The notes beneath the pieces are model-generated. The model ran no database searches. It saw only the letters and a list, made by a program, of their open reading frames with translations, and was not told the origin of the DNA. DNA of 64,000 nucleotides from an uncultured delta proteobacterium (GTDB lineage Bacteria > Myxococcota_A > Polyangia > Fen-1088). Shown here piece after piece: positions 43,205-52,896 of this stretch. Location of the stretch: NCBI GenBank assembly GCA_963767925.1, contig CAVYGB010000010.1, positions 1,760,001 through 1,824,000 on the forward strand, read 5' to 3'. The stretch's first letter is position 1; each line of letters starts with the position of its first letter. The position numbers and the translations under genes are program-made.

Positions 43205-44518
43205 ATGAGTGCCTTCGTCGAGGCGTTCCGGAGCAAGCGGGTCGCGCTCTGCATCGCGCTCGGGTTCGCCGCGGGGCTGCCCTTTTCCATGCGCGGGACC
43301 ACCCTGTCCGCCTGGATGACGAACGCGGGGGTCAACCTCAAGACCATCGGCCTTTACACCTGGATCGGCCTGTTCTTCACCCTCAAGCCGCTGTGGGCGC
43401 CGCTGATCGATCGCTACACCGTGCCCCTGCTGGGCCGGCGGCGCGGCTGGATGTTGCTCTGCCAGCTCGGGCTGATGATCTCCATCGCCGCCATGGGCAC
43501 CATCGATCCCCGGATGGCGCCGGCCGCCCTGGCCGGCCTGGTGGCGGTCACCACCTTCCTGACGGCCACCCACGACATCGCCAACGACGCTTACCGGGCC
43601 GACATGCTCCGGAGCAACGAGCGGGCCTCGGGCAGCGCCATGTACACCATGGGCTACCGGGTGGCCACCATCGTGGCCGGCGCCGGCGCCCTCGTGCTGT
43701 CCGACCACATCCCCTGGTCGACCGTCTACCCGGTGATGGCCACCCTGATGATCGTGGGGGTCATCGCCACCTGGCAAGCGCCCGAGCCGGAGGCGGTCCC
43801 CGCCCCGCGCACGGTGCGGGACGCGGTGGTCAAGCCGCTGGTCGACCTGTTCTCGCGCAAGGGCTCGGGCGCCGCCATCGCCTTCGTCATGCTCTACAAG
43901 TTCGGCGACTTCATGGCCGCCGACCTCATCACCCCCTTCCTCATCCAGACCGGCTTCTCCAACACCGAGATCGCCGGCGTGCTCAAGGTGATGGGCATGA
44001 TCGCCACCATCGTCGGCGTCGTGCTCGGGGGCGGCGTGGTGGCGGTGCTGGGCGTGCACCGATCGCTGCTGATCTTCGGGGTGCTGCAGGCCCTCATGAA
44101 CTCGGGGTACCTGGCGCTGTCGATCTACGGCAAGAGCCACCTGCTGCTTGTCGTGGCCATCAGCGCCGACTGGTTCTGCGCCGGCGCCGGGCAGGCCGCC
44201 TTCTCCGCCTACCTGCTGTCGCTGTGTAGCAAGCGCTTCTCCGCCACCCAGTACGCCCTCATCGCCTCGGCCTCGACGGTGCTGGGCCGGCTGATCGGCG
44301 GGGTGGGCGGCTTCATCGTCGAGGGGGGCGGCTGGCCGGTCTACTTCATCATCACGATGGTTGTCGCGATCCCCGGCCTGCTGCTCATCCTGTTCGGCGG
44401 GCTGCAGCGGGCGGTCGCCGTCGAGCCGGCCCCCGCGCCCGCGGCACCTCCGGCGCCGGAGACGGAAAAGGGGGCCGGGCCGCCGGCTCCCCCGGGCGGC
44501 CCACCCCCACCGGCCTGA
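43205..44518 (+). CDS. ampG: AmpG-family muropeptide MFS transporter
   Basis: Motifs LGF.AGLP, K.LWAP.ID, LGRRRGW, AT.DIA.DAYR, YKFGD, ATQYAL. Confidence 0.88.
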   Translation: MSAFVEAFRSKRVALCIALGFAAGLPFSMRGTTLSAWMTNAGVNLKTIGLYTWIGLFFTLKPLWAPLIDRYTVPLLGRRRGWMLLCQLGLMISIAAMGTIDPRMAPAALAGLVAVTTFLTATHDIANDAYRADMLRSNERASGSAMYTMGYRVATIVAGAGALVLSDHIPWSTVYPVMATLMIVGVIATWQAPEPEAVPAPRTVRDAVVKPLVDLFSRKGSGAAIAFVMLYKFGDFMAADLITPFLIQTGFSNTEIAGVLKVMGMIATIVGVVLGGGVVAVLGVHRSLLIFGVLQALMNSGYLALSIYGKSHLLLVVAISADWFCAGAGQAAFSAYLLSLCSKRFSATQYALIASASTVLGRLIGGVGGFIVEGGGWPVYFIITMVVAIPGLLLILFGGLQRAVAVEPAPAPAAPPAPETEKGAGPPAPPGGPPPPA

Positions 44519-44530
44519 TCGCCCGCGCGC

Positions 44531-44995
44531 TCAGCGGGCGCGCGGCGCGCAGAACCCGACCGTGGCCGGCACCGGCGTGATCGCCTTGCTGCCGTGCTGG
44601 CCCGAGGGGCGGCACTCGTATTCGTCGCGGCAGTCGCCGTTGTTCTTGCAGCGGAGCAGGCAGCGCCGCTGCTCGGAGGCGCGCGGCGCGCACCAGCCCG
44701 ACTCGAGGCAGAGCTCGTGGGGATCGCAGGTGCTGGCCCGGCCGAACACACAGGTGTCGGTGAGGAACTCCTCGGCCGGGAAGAACTGGATGCAGGTCGC
44801 CTCCTCCGGGCAGGAGGTCTCGTCGCAGCCGTCGATGGTGCAGTACCCGCCGGGCTGCGAGATGTCGCAGGTCTTCGTGTCGTCCTCATCGTTGCAATCG
44901 AACTGGGTCTTGCACTCGTCGCCGATCTTCCGGCCACACGCCCAGAGCAGCGGCAGCAGACAGCCCGCCACGAGGACCTGCATCGTTCGTTTCAC
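44531..44995 (-). CDS. Cys-rich lipoprotein
   Basis: Lipobox LLWAC; IGD.C..., PGGYCT..C, C....DCR..Y.C. Start could also be ATG 44983. Confidence 0.7.
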   Translation of the reverse strand: MKRTMQVLVAGCLLPLLWACGRKIGDECKTQFDCNDEDDTKTCDISQPGGYCTIDGCDETSCPEEATCIQFFPAEEFLTDTCVFGRASTCDPHELCLESGWCAPRASEQRRCLLRCKNNGDCRDEYECRPSGQHGSKAITPVPATVGFCAPRAR

Positions 44996-45235
44996 AGCGG
45001 GGGTTTTACCCGGTCGGCGCCCCGGCCGGCCAGTGTCGGGCGTCTCCCAGGATTGTCCGAAGTTCCCGGTCGAGTCGGCCCACTTCATGCAGCTCTCAAG
45101 GGTCGAAGCCCACGTCGGGCGAGAACTGCTCCTCGGACCGCCGCAGAAATCAAAGAAATCCGATGGTTACTGCGGGTCAGCGAAGAGGAAACAGAAACTC
45201 GGCCGGTTAGGGTTTCGATACCGACGACCCTCCTG

Positions 45236-45302
45236 ACTGGGTCAGCCCGTCCCCTTGGACCCCCTGAGGACGCGTTATTACGGGCTGACCCAGTTTTTTT
45301 TT
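45236..45302 (+). terminator. Intrinsic-terminator-like hairpin (15-bp perfect stem, 29-nt C-rich loop, T9); possible 3' end of an sRNA
   Basis: ACTGGGTCAGCCCGT ... ACGGGCTGACCCAGT followed by a T-run. Confidence 0.7.
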
Positions 45303-45363
45303 GGCCGCTCTGCTGCCGAGAGCCGCCGCCCGACCGGACCCGCGCAAGGCTGACACGGACGCG

Positions 45364-46173
45364 CTAGCGGATCAGGGCCCCGAGGAGCATGGTCAGCAGG
45401 AATCCGGTGATCACCCCAGCCGAGGCTGTCCCCTCGTGACCGTGGCTGTGTGACTCGGGGATGATCTCGTTGGAGGTCACGTAGATCAGCGTGCCTCCCG
45501 CCAGCGCCAGCACGAACGGCAGGGCGGGCAGCGCCACCCCGGACAGGAGGTAGCCGATCGCGGCGCCCAGCGGGACGACCATCCCGGTGGCGCTCACCAG
45601 CAGCAAGCTGCGGGTGGCCGACAGGCCCCCCTGCCGCAGCGGCGCGCCCATCACCATCCCCTCGCAGATGTTCTGCAGCCCGACCGCCACGCTGAGCAGC
45701 AGCCCGAGGCGGTTCTCCGGCACCGCGAAGCCAGCGCCGATAGCCAGCCCCTCGGGCAGGCGGTGGATGCTGATCGCCCCGAGCAGAAAATACGAGCGGC
45801 GCACCGGCGGGGCATGGTCGTGGTGGCGGTGGCCGGGCTCGCCGTGGGCGGCGTGGTGGGAGAGGTGGTGGTGGTGGCCCCGGGCGTGGCCATGGGGGAT
45901 GAGCCGGTCCATCGCCACCGCGATGACCACCCCGGCGACGAACCCGGTGGCCACGATCGTCAGGTGCGTGAGATCGACGCCGGCCGGCCCCTGCACCCCC
46001 TCGAGCGCCTCGGACAGCAAGCCCAGGGTGGCCGCCGCCAGCATGAGCCCGGCGCCCAGGCCGAGCACGCCGTCGTAGGCCCGGCGGGGGAGCTGCCGGA
46101 AGAAGACGAACGGCACGGCGCCCAGGCCGGTGGCCAGCCCGGTGAGCAATGCCGCGGTCAGCGCTTCGCGCAT
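45364..46173 (-). CDS. ZIP family metal transporter (GufA/ZupT-like)
   Basis: Motifs AT.LGA, G.MLAA, His-rich loop, H.LPEG, QN..EG, EIIPESH. Confidence 0.88.
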   Translation of the reverse strand: MREALTAALLTGLATGLGAVPFVFFRQLPRRAYDGVLGLGAGLMLAAATLGLLSEALEGVQGPAGVDLTHLTIVATGFVAGVVIAVAMDRLIPHGHARGHHHHLSHHAAHGEPGHRHHDHAPPVRRSYFLLGAISIHRLPEGLAIGAGFAVPENRLGLLLSVAVGLQNICEGMVMGAPLRQGGLSATRSLLLVSATGMVVPLGAAIGYLLSGVALPALPFVLALAGGTLIYVTSNEIIPESHSHGHEGTASAGVITGFLLTMLLGALIR

Positions 46174-46219
46174 CGGCGGTTTCTATCACGGACGCCGGAT
46201 CGGACCGGCGGCGGCGGGG

Positions 46220-47242
46220 TCAGGTCGACTCGATGTCGGTCAGCGAGAGCTGCATGATCTCGCTCTCGGCCCGGTCCCGGCGGCCGCCCGGACCCACGAT
46301 GGCCCGGACCTGGGTGACGGCCTGGGCCAGCACGGTCTGGGTGTCGGCGGGGGCAGCGGCCGTGGCCAGGACCGAGGCCAGCGCCTGGGCCATGGCCCGC
46401 GCCGAGGAGAACCGGGCCGTGGGGCGGGCGGCCAGCGCCTGCTGCACCACCTGGATCAGGCGGGGCGGCAGATCCTGGCGCTCGCGATCGAGGGGGGCGA
46501 TCTGGGCGAGCTGCACTTTGCGCAGGATCTCGGCGTCGTTGGCCCCGGCGTAAAGGGGCCGGCCGGCCAGCGTCTCCCACAACACGACGCCCATGCCGAA
46601 GAGGTCCGAGTAGATCGAGACCGGGTCGCCGCGCAGGAGCTCGGGCGCGAGGTAGCCGATCTTGCCCTTGACGATGCCGGGGGCGGTCAGGCTGTGGGCC
46701 CGGTCCCGGGCCCGGGACAGGCCGAAGTCGGCCAGCTTGATGAGCCCGTTGATGCCCAGCATGATGTTGCTGGGCGTGATGTCCCGGTGGATCACCGGGG
46801 CGGGCGCGCCGGTGACGCTGATGCGCTCGTGGGCCGCCGCCAGGCCGCGCAGGGCTCCCACCGCGATGGCCACCACCAGGGGCCAGGCGATCATGCGCCC
46901 CTGCTGGCGGAAATAGCCGGCGAAGCCGCGCAGGTCGAGCCCCTCGACCCACTCCATCACGAGGCAATACAGGCCGTCGCTGTCCTGGCAGAAGTCGAAG
47001 ACCTGCACGATGTTCGGGTGGGCCAGCTCGGCGCCGACCCGCGCCTCCTCGACGAACATGGCGGCGTAGACCTGCCCGCGCAGCAGCTCGGGCTTCATCC
47101 GCTTGACCGCCACCGGCTTGGTGAAGCCGGCGGCGCCGCGCATCTCGGCCCGCCAGACGATGGCCATCCCGCCCTCGCCCACCTGCTCGAGGAGGTGGTA
47201 ACGGCCCCCCACCACTTTCGGCTGCGCGCTCGGCTGTCCCAC
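46220..47242 (-). CDS. Ser/Thr protein kinase (cytoplasmic)
   Basis: Motifs GEGGMA.VW, VAVK, HRDITPSN, ADFG, YLAPE. Confidence 0.9.
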   Translation of the reverse strand: MGQPSAQPKVVGGRYHLLEQVGEGGMAIVWRAEMRGAAGFTKPVAVKRMKPELLRGQVYAAMFVEEARVGAELAHPNIVQVFDFCQDSDGLYCLVMEWVEGLDLRGFAGYFRQQGRMIAWPLVVAIAVGALRGLAAAHERISVTGAPAPVIHRDITPSNIMLGINGLIKLADFGLSRARDRAHSLTAPGIVKGKIGYLAPELLRGDPVSIYSDLFGMGVVLWETLAGRPLYAGANDAEILRKVQLAQIAPLDRERQDLPPRLIQVVQQALAARPTARFSSARAMAQALASVLATAAAPADTQTVLAQAVTQVRAIVGPGGRRDRAESEIMQLSLTDIEST

Positions 47243-47292
47243 GCGCAGGAAGTATAGCCCTCGCTCTCGCTCGGGGACGCTAAACTGCCCGG

Positions 47293-47784
47293 GTGGCGAT
47301 TGCGTACATCGCGCTCGGGTCCAACCTCGGCGATCGGCGGGGCTACCTGGCGGCCGCCGCCGAGGCGCTGGCGGCGGCCGGGGCGGTCGCGGTGCAGAGC
47401 AAGAGTCCCCTTTACGAGACCGAGCCGGTGGCCGATCACCCGCAGCCCCGCTACCTGAACGCCGTGGTGCGGGTGGCGACCGAGCTACCGCCCCGGGCGC
47501 TGCTGGACCTCTGCCTCGAGGTGGAGCGCGGGCTGGGGCGGCAGCGCCCGCCCGGACGCACGCAGGCCGCGCGCCTCATCGACCTCGACCTGTTGCTGTA
47601 CGGCGCGCGGGTGCTGGACGAGCCCGGGCTGCAGGTGCCCCACCCCGCCCTGCTGACCCGGCCCTTCGTGCGCATCCCGCTGGCCCGGGTGGCGACCCGG
47701 GGGCTGCGCCACCCGCTCGGCGGCGAGCCCCTCGACGGCGCTCCCGAGCACCCCGACGTGCGCGAGCAGCCCGGGACCTGGTGA
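47293..47784 (+). CDS. folK: 2-amino-4-hydroxy-6-hydroxymethyldihydropteridine diphosphokinase
   Basis: Motifs YIALGSNLGD, S.LYET.P, YLNAV, R.IDLDLL, PHP....R.FV..PL. Confidence 0.92.
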   Translation: MAIAYIALGSNLGDRRGYLAAAAEALAAAGAVAVQSKSPLYETEPVADHPQPRYLNAVVRVATELPPRALLDLCLEVERGLGRQRPPGRTQAARLIDLDLLLYGARVLDEPGLQVPHPALLTRPFVRIPLARVATRGLRHPLGGEPLDGAPEHPDVREQPGTW

Positions 47785-47791
47785 GCGCCGC

Positions 47792-48724
47792 TCAGGTTGC
47801 GCTGGCGAGCGGGTGGAGCGCGCTGCTGGACAGCTCGGCGGGCGGTGGGCTGCGGCGCGGTCCCGCCCGGACGGCGGCCAGCAAGCCGAGCGGGCCGGGC
47901 GGCTGCGGGCCGGCGAAGAGCACCTCCTCGCCGGGGGTCTCCTCGATCAGCGCCGGGTGAAAGCTCCGGTTGCGGCAGCAACGGGCGGCGTCGGCCGCCC
48001 ACTCGGGCGGATCGGCGGGCGACAGGAAGCGGCCGCCCTCCACCGCCAGCAGCAGGTGGGCCGAGAGCAGCGAGGTCCGCAGCGCCTCGGTCCGCCCGGC
48101 CTCGGGGTCGCCCCCTTCGCTCAGGTTCTCGATGCGGACCTGGACCCGGTAGAGCCAGCGGCTCGGTAGCAGGCACTCGGAGAAGACGCGCACCGCCCCG
48201 ACCAGGGACCGCATGTCGCACAGGATGCGGCCGGCGATCGAGCCGTCGTGGTCGCGCCACAGCTCGATCTCCTCGCCGGCGGGCGCCTGGAACGCGCGGG
48301 TGACGGCGTCACCCGGAGCCAGGTCGGTCAAGGGCGCGTCGATCTCCACCTCGCGGACCAGGCCCTCGTCCCAGGTGGGCGCGAGCCGCGTCTCGGCGCC
48401 CACCCGCCGCTCCACCTCGCGCCGGCGGAGCTGGAGGAACCGGAACTGGCCGCTGAGGCGGGCCGCCCCCTCCGCCTGCATCAGGAAGAACACATCGACC
48501 TGGGCGGCGTCGCCGCCGTTCATCTCCGACCAGCGCGGCGGCCCCAGCACGCCGGCCTGCCCACCGAGGTGGTGGCGCGGCGCCGACACGCGGAGCGGAT
48601 TGACGTGACAGCCCTCGAGCATCAGCGCGTCGGCTACCGGGCGGGTGCGCAGGAAGCGCCGGTCCTCGGCGCTGGCGAACCGGAGCGCGCCCACCGCGCC
48701 AGCCGAGGTCACCTGCCCGTCCAT
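47792..48724 (-). CDS. Hypothetical protein
   Basis: Coherent ORF (VADALMLEG..., RFLQL, WDEG, SLLSAHLLL....GRFLS..DPP). No function assigned. Confidence 0.55.
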   Translation of the reverse strand: MDGQVTSAGAVGALRFASAEDRRFLRTRPVADALMLEGCHVNPLRVSAPRHHLGGQAGVLGPPRWSEMNGGDAAQVDVFFLMQAEGAARLSGQFRFLQLRRREVERRVGAETRLAPTWDEGLVREVEIDAPLTDLAPGDAVTRAFQAPAGEEIELWRDHDGSIAGRILCDMRSLVGAVRVFSECLLPSRWLYRVQVRIENLSEGGDPEAGRTEALRTSLLSAHLLLAVEGGRFLSPADPPEWAADAARCCRNRSFHPALIEETPGEEVLFAGPQPPGPLGLLAAVRAGPRRSPPPAELSSSALHPLASAT

Positions 48725-48990
48725 GGCGTCAACAGTCGGTCGATGGGCCTCGCTTTTCAATCCAGGGATCGCGGAGGCGAGCGGAAGACGCGGTTCCCCT
48801 GATGGGCGCAGCTCCGCCTCTCTCTCACCCGGCTGCGCGCGAGCCGCGCCCGACGTGACCCGCGCGGTCCGCGAGGTGGGCAGGCGCGCACAGCGAGCGG
48901 GGCCAACGGACCGCCCCACCCACATCCGAGCCGGCGCGACCCAGCTCCTGGTTTCACAGTATACACCGTAATGCGTGATACTATTGATAC

Positions 48991-50775
48991 ATGGGGGGTT
49001 GGCGACCGGCGGTCGTGCTGGTCCTGGTCGTGAGCGCGGGTTGTGTGGATCTCAGGCGGCCCGATCTGGTCCGGCTGGTCGACGGGGGCGACCCGATCGA
49101 AGACGGCGGCGATCCGACCGACGGCCCCGGCGACGACGACGGCCCTCTCGACCCGGGCGACGGCCCGCCCGACGCGCCCGAGCCGCTGCCCGCCGGCGCG
49201 CGCTGCGCGCGCCCCGACCAGTGCGGGTCCGGCTTCTGCGCCCAGGAGCACTGCTGCGACGAGGCCTGCGCCGGCACCTGTTACGCCTGCAACCTGCCGG
49301 GTGCGATGGGGACCTGCACGGCGGTGCCGGCCGGCGAGGACCCCGGGCAAGGCTGCGCCGAGGAGCCGCTGCTCTCCTGCGGGCTCGACGGCACCTGCGA
49401 CGGCGCGGGCGCCTGCCGCCGCTACCCCGCCCGCACCGAATGCCGCCCCGGGCGCTGCACCGCCGGGATGGAATACGCGGCCAGCGCCTGCGACGGCAGC
49501 GGGGCCCCCTGCCCGGAGCAGACCGTGCCCAGCGCCTGCGCCTCGGGCATGTGCACCGACAACTCGTGCGCCGCCTCCTGCAGCGGCGACGGCGCCTGCC
49601 AGGCCGGCTTCTTCTGCAACGCCGGGCGCTGCGCCGCCAAGCTGAACGCGGGGGCCGCCTGCAGCCGCGAGGGGCAGTGCATGACCGGGCACTGCGTGGA
49701 CGGCGTCTGCTGCTCGAGCGCCTGCACCGAGCTGTGCTTCGCCTGCAACACGGCCGCCGGCCCCGGGACCTGCCGGGCGGTGGCCAGCGGCGAGGACCCG
49801 CGCGCAGTCTGCCCCGCCGAGGCCGCCGCGGGCTGCGGCCGGGCGGGAGGCTGCAACGGCGCCGGCGCCTGCCGCCTGCATCCGGGCGGCACGGTGTGCG
49901 TGGGCGGAAGCTGCGCGGGCGGCAGCGAGACCCCCGCCCGCACCTGCGACGGGGTGGGCACCTGCGGCCCGAGCGCCGCGCCCCGGGCCTGCCATCCCTA
50001 CGGCTGCGGGGCCAGCGCCTGCGCCGCCACCTGCGTCGACTCGACCGGCTGCACGCCCGGCTTCAGCTGCGTGGCGAACGCCTGCGTGCGCAGCCCCGGC
50101 CTGGCCCTGTTCTGGCGCTTCGAGGAGTCGAGCGGCCTCACCGTCCCCGACGACTCGGGCAACGGGCGCAGCGGCCTGGCGGTGGGCTCGACCGGCACCC
50201 CCACCCCGTCGACCACCATCCCCGCGCTGGTCCACGCCAACACCCGCAGCCGCCAGTTCTCCGGGAGCGGCCGGCAGGCGGTCCAGATCCCCCTCTCCTC
50301 CGCGCTGCGGCCGGAGAACGACTTCTCGCTGGCCGTCTGGTACCGGGCCACCGGCGTCGACAGCAGCGGCGCGGCAACCGGGTCCGAGATCATCTCGGGG
50401 GGCAACGTCTACATCCTGCGCCTGCGCCCCAATCACATCGAGTTCTCCAAGAGCGTCGATTCGGGCGGCCCCATCCAGTGCAAGGGCGACGCCCCCGGCT
50501 ACCTCGACGGGCGCTGGCACCACCTGGCGGCCACCGCCAGCGGGACCGCCGGGACCCGGATCTATTACGACGGCGTCCAGAAGGGGTTCCTCTCGAACAC
50601 CCAGAGCCTCGACTTCGACAAGGCGCCCCCCAGCAACGCCAACCTGTTCGTCGGCCGGCACGGCAACGGCGAGACCCAGTGGGACTTCACCGGCAACCTC
50701 GACGAGGTGCGGATCTACACCCGCGTCCTCAGCGCCGCGGAGATCCAGACCCTCGCCGCGGGCCGCAACCTGTGA
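48991..50775 (+). CDS. Lipoprotein with Cys-rich repeats and C-terminal LamG-like jellyroll
   Basis: Lipobox SAGC; C..G.CC...C...C..C repeats; FWRFEE..G...D.SGNG, DGRWHHLA, G.LDEVRIY.R.LS..EI. Confidence 0.8.
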   Translation: MGGWRPAVVLVLVVSAGCVDLRRPDLVRLVDGGDPIEDGGDPTDGPGDDDGPLDPGDGPPDAPEPLPAGARCARPDQCGSGFCAQEHCCDEACAGTCYACNLPGAMGTCTAVPAGEDPGQGCAEEPLLSCGLDGTCDGAGACRRYPARTECRPGRCTAGMEYAASACDGSGAPCPEQTVPSACASGMCTDNSCAASCSGDGACQAGFFCNAGRCAAKLNAGAACSREGQCMTGHCVDGVCCSSACTELCFACNTAAGPGTCRAVASGEDPRAVCPAEAAAGCGRAGGCNGAGACRLHPGGTVCVGGSCAGGSETPARTCDGVGTCGPSAAPRACHPYGCGASACAATCVDSTGCTPGFSCVANACVRSPGLALFWRFEESSGLTVPDDSGNGRSGLAVGSTGTPTPSTTIPALVHANTRSRQFSGSGRQAVQIPLSSALRPENDFSLAVWYRATGVDSSGAATGSEIISGGNVYILRLRPNHIEFSKSVDSGGPIQCKGDAPGYLDGRWHHLAATASGTAGTRIYYDGVQKGFLSNTQSLDFDKAPPSNANLFVGRHGNGETQWDFTGNLDEVRIYTRVLSAAEIQTLAAGRNL

Positions 50776-50794
50776 AGCAGACGAGCTTGCAGCC

Positions 50795-51736
50795 ATGAGC
50801 CGCGCCGCCTCCGCCCGCCCGCCTCTGGCGGGCGTCGCGCTGCTCGTCCCGATGGCCGTCCTCGCCGCGAGCTGCAGCGAGGCCAACTCGCGGTACCGCC
50901 ACGTCTCCCTGGGCGACGGCGGCCCGACCGACGGCACGATGGATCGAGCGGGCGGGGACAGCGGCGACAGCCGGACCGACGAGGGGCGGCTTCCGGGTGG
51001 CCCGGACGACGCCGCCCGGACCGACGCGGCGACCGCTTCCGACGCCGGCCTCGACGCCCGCATCGCGCACCTGGTCGGCTACTGGAAGTTCGACGAGCCG
51101 ATGGGGTCGCCGACCGCGGCCGACTCCTCCGGCCGGGGCAACCACGGTTTGCTCGAGCAGCTCGATCCCCAGACCGCCTGGGTCCTCGGCCGGCGCGGCG
51201 GGGCCCTCGAGATCTCGGGCGCCGACCACGAAGCCGGGGTGCGGGTCATGCCGAGCGCCTCGATCGACGGCATCCAGCGCTTCACCCTGGCGGCCTGGGC
51301 CTACCGGACCGCCGGCCTCAGCTCCTACGCCAGCGTCGTCTCCCGCCAGATCCTCGATTCCACCTACGAGGTCTACAACCTCTCGTTCACGACGGACGTC
51401 GTCAGCATCTATCTGCCGGCCAGTTCCACCCCCGGCTCCTGGCCCTACATCGCGCGCTCGACCCGCAAGAGCGTGATCCAGCAATGGATGCACCTGGCCG
51501 CCACCTTCGACGGCAACCTGGTGCGCCTCTACCTCGACGGGGTCGAGGAGGCCGTGATGGCCTACCCCCGGCCGCTCCCGGCCACCACCACCCCCCTCTA
51601 CCTCGGCAACAACAAGAACCCCTCCGACGGCGAGCCCATGGTGGGCAAGATCGACGACCTGCTGCTCTTCTCCGAGGCCCTCTCGGCCAGCGAGATCGCC
51701 CAGCTCGCCGCCGGCGTGTTGCCCGCCGGCCTCTAG
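50795..51736 (+). CDS. LamG-like jellyroll lipoprotein
   Basis: Lipobox LAASC; LVGYWKFDE, W.HLAATFDG, G.IDD...F..ALS..EI. Confidence 0.8.
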   Translation: MSRAASARPPLAGVALLVPMAVLAASCSEANSRYRHVSLGDGGPTDGTMDRAGGDSGDSRTDEGRLPGGPDDAARTDAATASDAGLDARIAHLVGYWKFDEPMGSPTAADSSGRGNHGLLEQLDPQTAWVLGRRGGALEISGADHEAGVRVMPSASIDGIQRFTLAAWAYRTAGLSSYASVVSRQILDSTYEVYNLSFTTDVVSIYLPASSTPGSWPYIARSTRKSVIQQWMHLAATFDGNLVRLYLDGVEEAVMAYPRPLPATTTPLYLGNNKNPSDGEPMVGKIDDLLLFSEALSASEIAQLAAGVLPAGL

Positions 51737-52587
51737 ACGGACGGGGCGACGATGCGCTGGCGGGAGCGGCCCAGGCCCTCGATGCCGAGCTCGACCACGT
51801 CGCCGGCCTTGAGGAAGCGGGGGGGCTTCATGAAGCAGCCCACGCCGGAGGGCGTGCCGGTGCTGATCACGTCGCCGGGCAGGAGGGTCATGAAGCGGCT
51901 GATGTAGCTGACCAGGGTGGGCACGTCGAAGATCAGGTCGGAGGTGTTGCCCCGCTGGACCCGCTCGCCGTTCACGTCGAGCCACATGTCGAGCTTGGAA
52001 GCGTCGATGGCGTCGGTGGTGACGAGCTCGGGCCCCAGCGGCGCGAAGGTGTCGCACCCCTTGCCCTTGTCCCACTGGCCACCGCGCTCGAGCTGGTACT
52101 CCCGCTCCGAGTAGTCGTTGTGGAGCACGAAGCCGGCCACGTGCTCGAGGGCCCGGGCCTGCTCGACGTAGGCCGCCCGCTTGCCGATGACGACGCCCAG
52201 CTCGACCTCCCAGTCGGTCTTGACCGAGCCGCGGGGCAAGACCAGGTCGTCGTTGGGGCCGCACAGGGCGGTCGTCGCCTTGAGGAAGAGGACCGGCTCC
52301 CTGGGCGGGTCCTGCCCCTGCTCGCGGGCGTGGCCGTGGAAGTTCATCCCCACGCAGACGATCTTGCTCGGCCGGTGCACCACCGGGCCCAGCCGCTGGT
52401 CGGCCGCGACCTGGGGGCAGCGGCCCTGGTGCTCCGGCACCCAGGCCCGCAGGCGGTCGAGGCCGTCGCCCCCGAAGAACGCCTCGTCGTAGTCCTGTCC
52501 GAAGGCGCTGACATCGATCCACTCGCCGGTCGCCAGCACGACGCCTGGCCGCTCCTTGCCCGCTGGCCCGAAACGAAAAAGCTTCAT
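51733..52587 (-). CDS. Fumarylacetoacetate hydrolase family protein
   Basis: Motifs KIVCVG.N...H, DWEVELGVVIG, NDYSER, KGK..DTF.PLGP, STGTP.GV. Confidence 0.92.
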   Translation of the reverse strand: MKLFRFGPAGKERPGVVLATGEWIDVSAFGQDYDEAFFGGDGLDRLRAWVPEHQGRCPQVAADQRLGPVVHRPSKIVCVGMNFHGHAREQGQDPPREPVLFLKATTALCGPNDDLVLPRGSVKTDWEVELGVVIGKRAAYVEQARALEHVAGFVLHNDYSEREYQLERGGQWDKGKGCDTFAPLGPELVTTDAIDASKLDMWLDVNGERVQRGNTSDLIFDVPTLVSYISRFMTLLPGDVISTGTPSGVGCFMKPPRFLKAGDVVELGIEGLGRSRQRIVAPSV

Positions 52588-52723
52588 GGCGATCTCCATA
52601 TCATGGGGACGCCCGACCCCACCGACAACCTCACGCCGCAGGCGGCCTTCCCCCGGGCTCGCGCTGCCGGGTGGAGCAGGATGTTAGATTGGGGCCATCG
52701 GAGCCAGGGGAGCAGGAGCGCGG

Positions 52724-52800
52724 ATGAACGTCGTCGTGTTTGGCGCCACCGGGATGGTGGGCCGGGGCGTGCTGCTGGAGTGCCTCGAAGACCCGAGAAC
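52724..52800 (+). pseudogene. N-terminal stub of an NAD(P)-binding epimerase/oxidoreductase
   Basis: AGGAG RBS plus MNVVVFGATGMVGRGVLLECLEDPR, then unrelated sequence. Confidence 0.6.
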
Positions 52801-52896
52801 GGGACTGCGGTACTGCGACGCTTCCTCACAGGCTCGTGAGGTGAACGGGCAGGGGCTCTGCGAAGAACCCTCGCCGGGGGCCTCCCACTCTCGTGA

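Noticed and set aside
48991..51736. Tandem LamG/Cys-rich lipoproteins as a novel system
   Set aside because: Such proteins are common, expanded families in Myxococcota; nothing distinctive in this context.
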